A stretch of DNA of 44,320 nt, taken from NCBI RefSeq assembly GCF_004010195.1, contig NC_057756.1, forward strand, positions 9,468,923 through 9,513,242. Reading direction: 5' to 3'. Positions 10,968 through 23,562 of this stretch are shown here, piece by piece. The DNA comes from Chiloscyllium plagiosum. Its lineage: Eukaryota. The notes beneath the pieces are model-generated. The model did no database searches. It had not been told where the DNA came from and was given only the letters and a program-made list of their open reading frames with translations. Every line of letters begins with the position of its first letter. Position 1 is the first letter of the stretch. Made by a program: the position numbers and the translations under genes.

Positions 10968-11059
10968 CCCGTTACATAACGAAGTGAAGCCAGTGCTCAA
11001 TAAACTGAGCAAGGATCAAGACATCGATGTGAAATACTTTGCCCAGGAAGCATTAATCG
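10968..11059 (+). CDS. PPP2R1A: PP2A scaffold subunit A, coding exon (equivalent to human exon 14)
   Basis: Long pyrimidine tract plus ttcAG; 92 bp; (S)[30 protein letters not shown]; donor GTGAGA at 11060. Confidence 0.93.
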
Positions 11060-11479
11060 GTGAGAGGCCTGGTTAAAAGGGAGGGTGGTGGTGGTGGTGG
11101 GGAAGATTGAAATTGGCCCCGAGGTCCTCCTCCTCCTCCCTGCCTCCCTTGATGGGTGGGGGGGGGTTCCGGGTGTATTGCCCTGAGGAGAGAGGGGGCC
11201 CTGGCTTGCAGTCACGCTGAAACGCTGCCAACATTGCCCGCTCTTGAAGCCAACGCCTGATGTTAGGCCATTGGGTCGCGGGTCCAGGCCAGGCAATGGT
11301 GTTACTGTCTTCAGTGTTACTGTCTTCAGCATGAGCAGGTTTACGCTACCCCCCACCCCAACTCATCCCCCCTCACCCACCACCCTGCAGAGGAATCTAT
11401 CACATCAACTACAGAAGAAGCAAGGTTGGCAAAGGGGGGAGTAGAGTGAGAAGCTGTAAGGGAATATTGAAACCTGATA

Positions 11480-11765
11480 GAGAGATCTTCATAAATTAAA
11501 GAGGGTTGAGGGCAAGACCATGTTTCCCTTCTGTGGTGGTTGGGGGAGGGGGGACAGGTGAGATCTAGAGACCCATCAAAGGAAGACGGTCAGTAATAAA
11601 TCTAATTGGGAATTCAGGAGAAATTTCCTTTCCTCAGAAAGCGGGGAGAAGGTGGAACTGGGTCCCTGAGGGAGTGGTCAAGGTGAATCATGTTGATCTG
11701 TTAGAAGGGGGAACATAGACAAATACATGAGGGAATAAGGAATACAATGAAATGGCAGAAAAGGG
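11480..11765 (+). mobile_element. old CR1 LINE 3' fragment
   Basis: agagatcttc...aggagaaatttcctttcctcagaaagcggggagaaggtggaac, a decayed RRNFFSQRVV..WN. Confidence 0.55.
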
Positions 11766-11918
11766 AGGTGACAGGTCCTAGTATGTGCTGTCAACATCGA
11801 CTGTTAGAGTTGGATGGAAGTTGTCTGTGGAGAATAAATCTCAGCGGTGACTTGATGGGCCAAATTATCTGCATGCCTGCTGACCCCTGACCTTTCAATA
11901 ATCCTTTCCCCTCTCCAG

Positions 11919-11935
11919 TGCTGTGCCTGAATTAA
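11919..11935 (+). CDS. PPP2R1A: PP2A scaffold subunit A, terminal coding exon
   Basis: Acceptor ctctccAG at 11917-11918; (V)LCLN-TAA, equivalent to human VLSLA*; phase matches the previous exon. Confidence 0.85.
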
Positions 11936-12244
11936 TGCGGAGTCGATCCACAGTCATTGCCGTACCGGAGCAGAGTGGCTTCTCCTCCACACTAACGAAC
12001 ACACCCTGGGCAGGCAGGAAGGAAGGAAAGAATACTCAAAGAGATTCATCTCTTAGCCAGAGGCCTAAAGTGGTCAGTTTATCATCTCGCTGCAACTACT
12101 GCCTTGTCCACCATTGTTACCTCTCGTTTCCCTCCCCTTCCCTTGCTCCACTGTCCTGTTTCCTTTTAAACCTGCAGTTTACAATGTTACAGTTGAAATG
12201 TTGGTCATTTTCTGTTGCTGTTCCAACTGAATGAATTGTTGTAA

Positions 12245-12250
12245 AATAAA
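12245..12250 (+). terminator. polyadenylation signal of the PPP2R1 gene (3' UTR about 11936-12270)
   Basis: First AATAAA downstream of the stop codon, preceded by T-rich sequence. Confidence 0.6.
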
Positions 12251-12362
12251 GATGGTTCAAGAGTTTACTTCAACAATGCACCCCTGCTTGGCCAGGCTGA
12301 TCTGTTTTTAATCAGACAACACTTCACAAGGCAATGTCTAGTCAATGACAACAGAAAGAAAG

Positions 12363-13440
12363 GAGCGTCGCACTGTCGGAGAGTGAGTGCTGAGGGAGTG
12401 CTGCACTGTCGGAGGGTCAGTGCTGGGGGAGTGGGCACTGTCGGAGGGTCAGTGCTGGGGGAGCGCNNNNNNNNNNNNNNNNNNNNNNNNNNNNNNNNNN
12501 NNNNNNNNNNNNNNNNNNNNNNNNNNNNNNNNNNNNNNNNNNNNNNNNNNNNNNNNNNNNNNNNNNNNNNNNNNNNNNNNNNNNNNNNNNNNNNNNNNNN
12601 NNNNNNNNNNNNNNNNNNNNNNNNNNNNNNNNNNNNNNNNNNNNNNNNNNNNNNNNNNNNNNNNNNNNNNNNNNNNNNNNNNNNNNNNNNNNNNNNNNNN
12701 NNNNNNNNNNNNNNNNNNNNNNNNNNNNNNNNNNNNNNNNNNNNNNNNNNNNNNNNNNNNNNNNNNNNNNNNNNNNNNNNNNNNNNNNNNNNNNNNNNNN
12801 NNNNNNNNNNNNNNNNNNNNNNNNNNNNNNNNNNNNNNNNNNNNNNNNNNNNNNNNNNNNNNNNNNNNNNNNNNNNNNNNNNNNNNNNNNNNNNNNNNNN
12901 NNNNNNNNNNNNNNNNNNNNNNNNNNNNNNNNNNNNNNNNGTGCTGAGGGAGCGCCGCACTGTCGGAGGGTCAGTGCTGAGGGAACGCCGCAATGTCGGA
13001 GGGTCAGTGCTGAGGGAGTGCCGCACTGTCGGAGGGTCAGTGCTGAGAGAGCGTCACACTGTCAGAGGGTCAGTGCTGAGGGAGTGCCGCACTGTCGGAG
13101 GGTCAGTGCTGAGGGAGCGCCGCACTGTCAGAGGGTCAGTGCTGAGAGAGCGTCATACTGTCGGAAGGTCAGTGCTGAGAGAGCGTCACACTGTCGGAGG
13201 GTCAGTGCTGAGGGAGTGCCGCACTGTCGGAGGGTCAATAGTGAGTGAATGCTGCAATGTCGGAGCGTTCATACCAAGGGACTGGTGGATCACCACTACA
13301 GAGGGAGTGCTACACTTTCGAAATGTCATTGCTATCGTTTGGTCTGTGTGCTGTGTGTTGGATAAGACATCGCAATGTCGGAGGGTCAATGCTGAGGGAG
13401 CACTACAGTGTCAAGGGTCAGTGCTGAGGGAACACTGCAG
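12363..13440. repeat. 33 bp minisatellite (GTGCTGAGGGAGTGCCGCACTGTCGGAGGGTCA), spans an N-gap
   Basis: Clear 33 bp period (VLRECRTVGGS repeats in the ORF track); each unit has a CAGTGC/GCACTG inverted pair. Confidence 0.92.
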
Positions 13441-13597
13441 TATCAGAGACATTAACCAGGGGCCATTCTGACCTCTCAATATATTATAATAATCACATGT
13501 CCCACTATTTGAAAGTTTTGCGGATGTGCCCTGATGTCATGGGAAATGTTATGCCTTCACAAGCACCACTGAGATAAAAGATAAACGCAATGTACAA

Positions 13598-13705
13598 TGG
13601 ATGCTAGAAATCTGAAATAAAACCAGGGATTGCTTGGAGTATCTCAGCAAGTCTGTATGAAGGAAAAACTTAACATTTCAAATCTAATATGACATCTTCG
13701 GAACC
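13598..13705 (-). mobile_element. PLE-type terminus (family D), decayed
   Basis: ggatgctagaaatctgaaataaaacc... same family as 43270-43420. Confidence 0.45.
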
Positions 13706-14164
13706 TGACTGTGGGTGGCGCGAGAGGCATGCAGTGTGATATTGAGTGCAAACGCACGAGGTAATGAGTCCACATGGGGAGCATACCTTCTCTCATTCTC
13801 TGTCCATGAAAAAACTGTTTCTTCCCAGGGCTTAAAAGCCCTGGAATAATCAGTAATTTATACATGAAAACAGAAATCTCGTGTGCACACTAGTATGGGA
13901 AACAGACACTGCTGTGTTCCCAAATGTATATACACACAGGAACAGAGAGATGATTAATTCAGTTAACCTGTCTTCTAACCATGGCAATGTACTGTAAGCT
14001 ATATCCTATTTTCTGCCAAGTTTACACCTACCTATGTTATACTCCATTTGCCACTTCTTTGCCCACTCAATTAGCCTATTGATATATTTGTAGCCTGCAT
14101 ATTCCTGTTGACAATTTAATATTCTTTTTATCTTTGTGTCATCAGTGCAATTTGGCAACCGTCC

Positions 14165-14395
14165 TCAATTGGGATTTGCCAAAGCCTGATCCACCATCAA
14201 TAAGACACAAGTCAGGAGTGTGATGGAATACTCCCCACTTGCCCCTGGATGGGGGCAACTCCAACAACACTCAAGAAATCCAACACCATCCAGAGACAAA
14301 GCAGCCCCTGCTTGATTGCCACCGTAACCACAAACATCCCCTCCCTCCCCCACCAACGCTCCATAGCAGCAGTGTGTACCATCTACCACAAACTC
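14165..14395 (+). mobile_element. L2/Crack-like LINE RT fragment
   Basis: KTQVRSVMEYSPLA and PTTLKKSNTIQRQ..LI motifs. Confidence 0.6.
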
Positions 14396-14404
14396 ATAAC
14401 CCCT

Positions 14405-14910
14405 CCCCACATAAATACACACACACACCCAGATATAAGTTTGTGGGGTGAATTTGTACTTGCAGAATTATATTTTACTTTGCTCAAAAACTACATGAAT
14501 CCAAGTAAGATTCTGTAAATCACTTTTTTAGAAGTAGAATCAGTCTGAACATTGGGGTACAGACAGCCTCACACAGGGCACCTCTCACCTTCAATGCATT
14601 CTCTGTGACAACATGGCACCTATTGTTAAAGTTCACTTGACATTGTCACTTTTAAGAGAAACTCTGGGATTTGCAGATGAAATAACTGAAGCCAACATGG
14701 TCATTCTAAAAGATGAGAGACTTAACAAACACTCTGGGTCTTTTCCAATATATAATTTTAGTTGCACCACACTGTAAACGTTTGCTATAAATTCTGTGTC
14801 CTACGATCTTATACTCAACAACCACTGACGAAGGAGCAGCACTCCTAAAGCTAGTGTTTCCAAATAAACCTGTTGGACTATAACCAGCTGTGGTGTGATT
14901 TTTAACTTTG
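14405..14910 (+). mobile_element. PLE 3' terminus (family B), hammerhead core mutated
   Basis: Homologous to 41575-41856 and 42841-42930; core CTGACGA-AGGAGCAGCACTCC-TAAA-GCTA at 14825. Confidence 0.7.
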
Positions 14911-15069
14911 GTTTGGAGAGATATGAGCCGGGTGCTGGCAGGTGGGACTAGATTAGGTTGGGATATCTGATTGGCATGGACGGTTTGGACCGAAGGTCTG
15001 TTTCCATGCTGTACATCTCTATGATTCTATGCAATGCAGAATTCACTAAGGCTCCTTAGACAGTACCCA

Positions 15070-16440
15070 AACTGAACATCGGTGAGCAGGTTATTGTGAG
15101 GCAAGTGCTGCTTGACAGCATCGTTGAGACTCTTTTCCATTGCTTTACTGATGATCGAAAGTAGACTGAGTGGTAATTGACTGGGTTATATTCATCCTGT
15201 TTTTTTGTGTACAGGACATACCAGGGCAATTTTCCACATTGTCAGGAAGATGCCAGTGTTGTTGGAAGAGCTTGGCTGGGGGTATGAAAGTTCTGGAGCA
15301 CAAGTTGGAACATTATCAGGGCCCATTTCCTTTGCAGGATTCAGTGCGTTCAACCATTTATTGAAGTTGTTTTTATTCATTCATGGGATGTGGCCAGCAT
15401 TTATTACCCATCCCTAGTGATATCAAGTGAATTGATTTGGCTAAACACAGGCATCTGGTTTTTTTTTCACTTCTTTTAACCTCTGGAAGAGGCTGAGATG
15501 GATTCCATTGGCCAATTCTGGCTGAAGATTCTTGCGAGTGTTTCAGCCCTATCTTTTGCACGGATGTGCTCTGTTCCCCTGTTATTGAGGTTGGGGGTAT
15601 TTGTAGAGCCTCCTTTTCCAATGGCCTGAATGATTGTTCACTGTAATTTGATTCTGTACGTGGTAGCACAGCAGAGCTTCCATCTGATCCACCGGTTGTG
15701 GGATGACTTGGCTGTTTCACGTGCAGATAGCTGTGTTCCTGCTTCATCAGGTTGACACCATATTTTTAGGTGTAGCTAGCAGTACTCCTGGCATGCCCTC
15801 CTGCACCCTTCATTGAACCAGAGCTGATCCCCTGGCTTGATGGTAATGGTAGATGCCAGTGATGTTGCAGACTGTGCTGGAATGCAGTTCTGCCGCTGTT
15901 GGTGGTCTAACGTGCCTCATGGATGCCCAGTGTTGAGATGGAAGATCTGTTTGTAGTCTGTCCCATTTAGCACAGTGATAACGCTACACAACACGATGTA
16001 AGGTAGTCTCAGTGTGAAAGTGGGACAGTAGTCACTCTTACCCATACAGTTTTGGATACATGCATCTGTGGCGGGCAGTCTGGTGAAAGTGAGGTCAAGT
16101 ATGTTTTTACTTCATTTTGATTCTTTCACCACCTGCCGTAGACCCAGTCTGTCAGCTGTGTCCTTTCAGACCTGGCCAGCTCAGTCAGTAGTGAGGCCAC
16201 TAAGCTACACCGAGGTGCCCCACCCAAAGCACATTCTGAGTCTTTACTCAGTGTTTCATCAAAGTTTAACATGGAGGAATACATCAGCTAAATAGAGGGC
16301 AGTACATGTAATCAGTAACAGGTTTCCTTGCCCATGTTGGATCTGATGGCAGGAGAGCCCCTGGTATCTCACCCAACTATATAGCACTGGGCTGCCATCT
16401 CTGCTGCACCTGACATCATGGCAGTGCAACACCCCCGAAC
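15070..16440 (-). mobile_element. L2/Crack-like LINE ORF2 fragment (endonuclease to RT N-terminus), decayed
   Basis: NTGIFLTMWKIALVCPVHKK..NPVNY; GPDNVP..APEL. Confidence 0.7.
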
Positions 16441-16574
16441 CCATACTGAGACACTGTTCCACATACAACTTCATTGACACAGTATTACACCCTCACTCAC
16501 ACTGAGAGACTGTTCACACACATCTCCATTGAAACTGTTACACCCTCACACTCACTGAGACACTGTTTCCCACG

Positions 16575-18371
16575 GAAAGGGATTCTATTAATACATTAAG
16601 GACAAAAGGGTAACTAGGGAGAGAATAGGGCCCCTCAAATATCAGCCTATGTGTGGAGCCACAGGAGATAGGTGAGATACAAAATGAGTATCTGTGTTTA
16701 TTGTAGAGAAAGACATGCAAGATATAGAATGTGGGGAAATAGGTCTTGAAAGATGCCCACATTACAGAGGCGGAGGTGCTGGATGTCTTAAAATGCATAA
16801 AAGTGGATAAAGTCCCAGGACCTGATCAGGTGTACCCTAGAACTCTGTGGGAAGCCAATGATGTGATTTCTGGGCCCCTTGCTGAGATATTTGTATCATT
16901 GATAGTCACAGGTGAGGTACTAGTCACTGGAAGTTATCTAACGTAGTGCCACTATTTTAAAAAGATGGCAAGGACAAACCAGGGAACTATAGACTGGTGA
17001 GCCTGACATCAGTGGTGGGCAAGTTGTTGAAGGAAATCCTGAAGGACAGGACTTACATGTATTTGAAAAGGCAAAGACTGACTGGGGATAGTCAACATGG
17101 TTTTGTCCGTGGGAAAACATGTCTCACTAACTTGATTGTGTTTTTTGAAGAAGTAATGAAGAGAATTGGTGAGGGCAGAGCGGTGGACGTAATCTATCAG
17201 TAAAACATTCGACAAGGCTCCTCATGATTGACTGATTAGCAAGGTTAGATCTCATGGGATACAGAGAGACTAGCCTTTTGGATACAGAACTGGCTTAAGG
17301 GTAGAAGATAGAGGGTGGTGATGGAGGGTTGCTTTTCAGACTGGAGGCCTGTGACCAGTGGAGTGCCACAAGGATCGGTGCTGGGTCCACTGCTTTTCAT
17401 CATTTATATAAATGATTTGGATGTCATATAAATGATTTGGATGTGAACGTGGAAGGTATAGTTAGTAAGTGTATAGATGACACCAAAATTGGAGGTACAG
17501 TGGACAGCGAAGAAGGTTACCTCAGATTACAACAGGGTCTGGACCAGATGGGCCAATGGGCTGAACTGTAGCAGATGGAGTTTAATTCAGATAAATGTGA
17601 GGTGCTGCATTTTGGGAAAGCAAATCAGAGCAAGGCTTATACACTTAATGGTAAGGTCCCGAGGAGTATTGCTGACAAAGAGACCTTGAGGGAGTGCAGG
17701 TTCATAGCTCCTTGAAAGTGGAGTCACAGGTAGATAAGAAAGTGAAGAAGGCATTTGTTATGTTTGTCTTTGTTGGTCAGAGCATTGAGTATAGGAATTT
17801 GGGAGGTCATGTTGCAGCTGCACAGGACTTTGGTTAGGGTACTTTTGTGTGCAATTCTGGTCTCCTTCCTATTGGAAGGATGTTGTGAAACTTGAAAGGG
17901 TTCAGAAAAGATGTACAAGGATGTTGCCAGGGTTGGAGGGTTTGAGCTACAGGGAGAGGCTGAACAGGCTGGGGCTGTTTTCCCTGGAGCGTCGGAGGCT
18001 GAGGGGTGACCTTATAGAGGTTTATAAAATCATGAGGGGCATGGATAGGATAAATAGGCAAGGTCTTTTCCCTGAGGTCGGGGGAGTCCATAACTAGAGG
18101 GTGTAGGTGAGGGTGAGAGGGAAAAGATTTGGAAGGGACCTAAGGGGCAACTTTTTCACCCAGAGGGTGGTACGTGTATGGAATGAGCTGCCAGAGGAAG
18201 TGGTGGAGGCTGGTACAATTACAACATTTAAAAGGCATCTGGATGAGTATATGAATAGGAAGGGTTTAGAGGGATATGGGCCAAGTGCTGGCAGATAGGA
18301 CTAGGTCAGGTTAGGCATGGACAAGTTGGACCAAAGGGTCTGTTTCCGTGCTGTACATCTCTATGACTATC
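16575..18371 (+). mobile_element. 5'-truncated CR1 (HER1-type) LINE, RT and 3' UTR, frameshifted
   Basis: [89 protein letters not shown]; tail catctctatgac. Confidence 0.92.
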
Positions 18372-18565
18372 CATGTGGTGTTTGCACATTCTCTGAGTGC
18401 TCCAGTTTCCTTCCACAGTCCAAAGATGTGCAGGTTAGGTGGCCATGGGAAATGCAGGGTTACAGGGATAGGGTAGAGAGGTGAGTCTGCTTGGGATACT
18501 CTTTGGAGGGCCAGTGTGGACTTGTTGAGCCCAATGGCCTGTTTCCACACTGTAAGGATTCGATG
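18372..18565 (+). mobile_element. truncated HE1-type SINE
   Basis: gtttgcacattct..ttccacagtccaaagatgtgcaggttagg...ggcctgtttccacactgtaaggattc. Confidence 0.7.
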
Positions 18566-19223
18566 AATGAATATGAAAATTGTCCACACAGCTCCATTGA
18601 TACAGTGTTACACCCCCTTACCTACACTGAGACACTGTTCCCACACGGAGGGCCAAGTACGACACTCCTACTATCATGACTGTGTTACAGCCCTCATTCA
18701 AACTAAAGACAATGTTCTCATTTCCCACACAACTTTATTGTTTGAGTGTTTACACCCCTCTCCCACGCCCTCAGAGACATTGCTCCATTGATACAGTGTT
18801 ACACCCTCATCCACACTAATACAGTATCTTCATTTGCCACATAGCCTCATTGATACAGTGTTACACACCCTCACCCACACCAAGAACTCGTCCCCACACA
18901 CCTCCATTGACATGGAGTTACACCCTCACCTGCACTGAGGTACTGTGACAGCACACTTCCATCGTGACAGTATTACACTCCTCACCCAAACGAATACAGT
19001 GTTCTCATTCCATGGACAGCTCTATTGATATAGTCTTACACCCCCTTACCCACATTGAGACACTGTTCCCACATACTTCCATCATGAGACTTGCACACTC
19101 CTTACACACACTAAGATAGTCTTCTCATTCCACTCCCAGCTCCATTGAGAATATGTTACACCCGCACCCAAACTGAGACGCTGTTCTGTCCACATACTCT
19201 GGCACAGAGTTGCACTCTCACCC

Positions 19224-19930
19224 GTTAAGATGGCCGTGGAGTAAGGTTTCAGAGGCCGGGGCTTGTCCGCTCTGTCTGCTTTTTCTATCTCTTTTTGTTT
19301 CTTGATACTATTACTTGCCTCTTGGTGAAGAGTTTGGTCACAGCAACATTATCAGCAGCAGTGAGTGGGCCCAGCAGTGCAGTCCTGAGTCGGCCCAGCA
19401 CCAGTACAGAGTCATGGCAGTGGAGATGGGTTTTGTTTCTTGATGGCATCTATGTCCAGTACAGATTCATGGAGGAGGTGGAAGAGGTGAGATAGGGCCA
19501 AGTACGACACTCCGTGGCATTAGCATCGGCTGTATTAGCGAATTGACCATAAAGCAGACCCATAAAGCAGTGGACTCAAATTGCTTGTGCCTGCACTGGA
19601 CTCATAATGACAAGGGTGTTGGTGAAGGTGAAGTGGTGCCGAGGAACGGTGACTTTCATTCTAGTGCTGGCAGCACTGTGATGGGTCTCATGCCCTAGCC
19701 AACAGGCCCATGGTCTTAGATGGAGCACTTAACAAGAAGGACTTTAAAGCTGGACACTTCTATTATTTTTTTTTTCATTTTTCTGCCTTGGTATTCTATG
19801 TTTTGATTAATTTTTCTGTGTTTTAAATGGCATCTGAGATTGGCAACATTGTACAGCACCTTTCACTGCATTTTGTACAAGATACATGTGACTAAAGATA
19901 AATCAATGCAAATAAATAAATCAAACCAAA
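19224..19930 (+). mobile_element. non-autonomous retroposon with a Rex1/Babar-like 3' tail
   Basis: Interrupts the minisatellite; starts aagatggccg, ends tttcactgca...tacatgtgac...aataaataaatcaaaccaaa; no long ORF. Confidence 0.45.
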
Positions 19931-22900
19931 GCAGTTTTCCTATTCCCAACAGTGCTCCATTGAGATGGTGTTACACCCTCCTCACCCACACTGACAAACT
20001 GTCCCCCACCCCATACACCTCCATTCTCACAGTGTTACACCCCCACCCACACTGAGAAACTGTCCCCCACCCCATACACCTCCATTCTCACAGTGTTACA
20101 CCCCACCCACACTGAGAAACTGTCACTCAACCCCTANNNNNNNNNNNNNNNNNNNNNNNNNNNNNNNNNNNNNNNNNNNNNNNNNNNNNNNNNNNNNNNN
20201 NNNNNNNNNNNNNNNNNNNNNNNNNNNNNNNNNNNNNNNNNNNNNNNNNNNNNNNNNNNNNNNNNNNNNNNNNNNNNNNNNNNNNNNNNNNNNNNNNNNN
20301 NNNNNNNNNNNNNNNNNNNNNNNNNNNNNNNNNNNNNNNNNNNNNNNNNNNNNNNNNNNNNNNNNNNNNNNNNNNNNNNNNNNNNNNNNNNNNNNNNNNN
20401 NNNNNNNNNNNNNNNNNNNNNNNNNNNNNNNNNNNNNNNNNNNNNNNNNNNNNNNNNNNNNNNNNNNNNNNNNNNNNNNNNNNNNNNNNNNNNNNNNNNN
20501 NNNNNNNNNNNNNNNNNNNNNNNNNNNNNNNNNNNNNNNNNNNNNNNNNNNNNNNNNNNNNNNNNNNNNNNNNNNNNNNNNNNNNNNNNNNNNNNNNNNN
20601 NNNNNNNNNNNNNNNNNNNNNNNNNNNNNNNNNNNNNNNNNNNNNNNNNNNNNNNNNNNNNNNNNNNNNNNNNNNNNNNNNNNNNNNNNNNNNNNNNNNN
20701 NNNNNNNNNNNNNNNNNNNNNNNNNNNNNNNNNNNNNNNNNNNNNNNNNNNNNNNNNNNNNNNNNNNNNNNNNNNNNNNNNNNNNNNNNNNNNNNNNNNN
20801 NNNNNNNNNNNNNNNNNNNNNNNNNNNNNNNNNNNNNNNNNNNNNNNNNNNNNNNNNNNNNNNNNNNNNNNNNNNNNNNNNNNNNNNNNNNNNNNNNNNN
20901 NNNNNNNNNNNNNNNNNNNNNNNNNNNNNNNNNNNNNNNNNNNNNNNNNNNNNNNNNNNNNNNNNNNNNNNNNNNNNNNNNNNNNNNNNNNNNNNNNNNN
21001 NNNNNNNNNNNNNNNNNNNNNNNNNNNNCAGGTAGTGTTCACCCCCCCGGCCCACCCACACACTCTGAGACAATGTTCTTATCCCACACACAACTCTATT
21101 GATTCATGTTACACCCCCAACCACAATGAGACACTAGTACCATTCCCCACACAGCTTAATTGAGATAGTGTTACACACCCCCACCCATGATGAAACACTT
21201 TTCCCTTTTTGCAAACAGCTCCATTCAGACTGTGTTAACAACTACCTACCTGTACTGAAATTGTTCCCATTCCTCACAGTTCCTTTAAGACGGTATTACA
21301 CCCCCTCACCCACGTTGAGGTTTTGGTTTCCACTGACCTCATTGATATAGCATCACACACTGGCACACAGTGAGATATTGTACCCTATACAAACCACCAT
21401 GACAATAACACATGCCACTGCCTGTGTCCCAGCTGAAACAACGTCCTTCACTTTGTCACTGAGGTGGTGTTTCATACAAACAGATGAGGCCATTCAGCCC
21501 ATCAAGCCAATCCACACTACAGCAAGTATGGAGAATGTTCCTCTTATACTCTGTAGAATTTTCTCCATTATTCTGCCCAGCCTGTATCAAGCCAGTGGTA
21601 CACACCCCATGTTCTCCCTTCCTTATTCTATTTGTCACACCTTGTCAATCCATCATTTTCTGACCTCACTTGACTTTGATACTATCCAATGTCAGGAAAG
21701 ATCAGCTAACAACATAGGATTTTGTAAGCATACATATCCTCAGTGAATCCTCACTTCTAATATCGCAAACTCATCAACTGTTTATAGAGAAACAATGAAC
21801 CTTATTGCAATTCTCAAGGTCACTGACAGCTGCCAACCAGTTCCCCTGCTCTTTTATTAAGATCTGGTTTATGTAGTGGTTTACAACAATTCCTAAAACG
21901 GCAGTAGTATATTCCTTATGCCTTCAAGAATTTCACCATGACTCAATGGGGTAGCACACTGGACGTCAAGACCCATTATTCCAGAAGTAATCACAAAAGG
22001 TAAAGATTTTAAAATAACTACACTATTTTCAGAAACAGATTGATAGACAGTTCAGACCAGATTTCTGTTTTTAACAAGAATAACTATTTATTACAAGCAA
22101 TTAGATTCTAGCTACAGGTAAACAGTTACAAACTGTCAGCATACAATACCAAAAAATAAATCGTTAACTCCTTTATAAACTTCCCTTTACACTCACATAC
22201 AGATAAACAGGCATGGAAAATAGGTTATGGGCAGAGAAAAAGTGGGAAGGCAGTTCAGTAGTTTCTATTCATATGTTCCTCAGATGATCCTTGTGATTCT
22301 GCTGTTGATCAGAACATTGCTTTCTGACATCTTTCTCCAGATGCTGCCACTAGTTTGAAAGACATAGGGTGGCAGGTTTGCTTACAAGCATTCTCTCAAT
22401 TACCAGTTAAAAGTCACAGCTTACAATAACTGTTGAAATAAAGAACACATATTTTCCTTCATGTTTAATGTTGGTTTTCACAGCCTTGGAGCAGAGGGAG
22501 ACAGTTCCTGAGCTGCGAAAAATCAATCACTTCTCTCTGTATCCCATTCCAGGCCCAAGCTGTTCAGTCAAGTGAGAATGATCTCAGAGTACAACTTGAT
22601 CAGATGGGCCAATGGCCCAAGGAGTTGTAGATGGAGCTTACTTTAGATAACCGTTTTAGGGCAGATCTTATACAGTTAATGATAGGGCCCAGGGGAGTGT
22701 TGCCGAACAAAGAGACCTAGGGGTGCAGGTGCATAGTTCCTTGAAAGTGGACTCATAAGGAAACAGGGTAGTGAAAAAGGCATTTGGCATGCTTGCCTTC
22801 ACTGATCAGTACATTGAGTACAGGAGTTGGGACACAATATTGCAACTATACAGGACATTAGTGAGATCAAGTTTAGAATATTCCATATTATTTTGGTAGC

Positions 22901-23199
22901 CCTTCTAGAGTAATAGTCACAGAATCATACAGCGTGGAATCACAGCCTTCGGTCTAAACTCGTCCATGCTGCCAGGTTTTCGAAACAAAACTAGTCCCAT
23001 CTGCTATCCCTACACATCTCTATAAGAAAGATGTTGTTAAACTTGAGAGGGTGCAGAAAAGATTTTCACAAAGATGTTGTTGGGACTGGAGGATTTGAGT
23101 TTTAGGGAGAGGCTGAATAGGCTGGGGCTATTTTCCCTGGAGTGTTGGAGGCTGAGGGGTGACCTTATAGAGGTTTATAAAATCCAAAGGGCATGGATA

Positions 23200-23562
23200 G
23201 TGTACTATCTATAAGATGCACTGCAGAAATTCACCAAAGAGCCTTAGACAGAACCTTCCAAACCCACAACCACTTCCATCTAGAAGGACAAGGGCAGCAG
23301 GTACTTGGGAACACCACCCCCTGCAAGTTCTCCTCCAAGCTACTCACCATCCTGACTTGGAAATATCCCGCCATTCCTTCACACTCATTGGGTCAAAATC
23401 CTGGAATTTCCTCTCTACCGACGTTATGGGTCAACCCAGAGCAAGTGGACTGCAGCGATTCAGGAAGGCAGCTCACCACCACCTTCTCAAGGGCAAATAG
23501 GCATGGGCTATCAATGCTGGCCAGCCAGCGACACCCAAGTCCCACAAATGAATAAAAAAAAA
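23200..23562 (+). mobile_element. L2/Crack-like LINE 3' end with A tail, inserted in CR1
   Basis: MHCRNSPKSLRQNLPNP...GSKSWNFL...FRKAAHHHLLKGK; ends aatgaataaaaaaaaa. Confidence 0.75.

Larger units (their letters stand above)
16425..21380. repeat. degenerate 53-61 bp minisatellite (cactgagacactgttcc...ctccattgatacagtgttacacccctcacc) interrupted by LINE/SINE insertions and a gap
   Basis: Units visible at 16425-16572, 18580-19222, 19935-20136 and 21029-21380. Confidence 0.75.

Noticed and set aside
21925..22577. Possible additional minus-strand LTR continuing at 27793-28025
   Set aside because: Composition is suggestive, but termini and TSD could not be defined.
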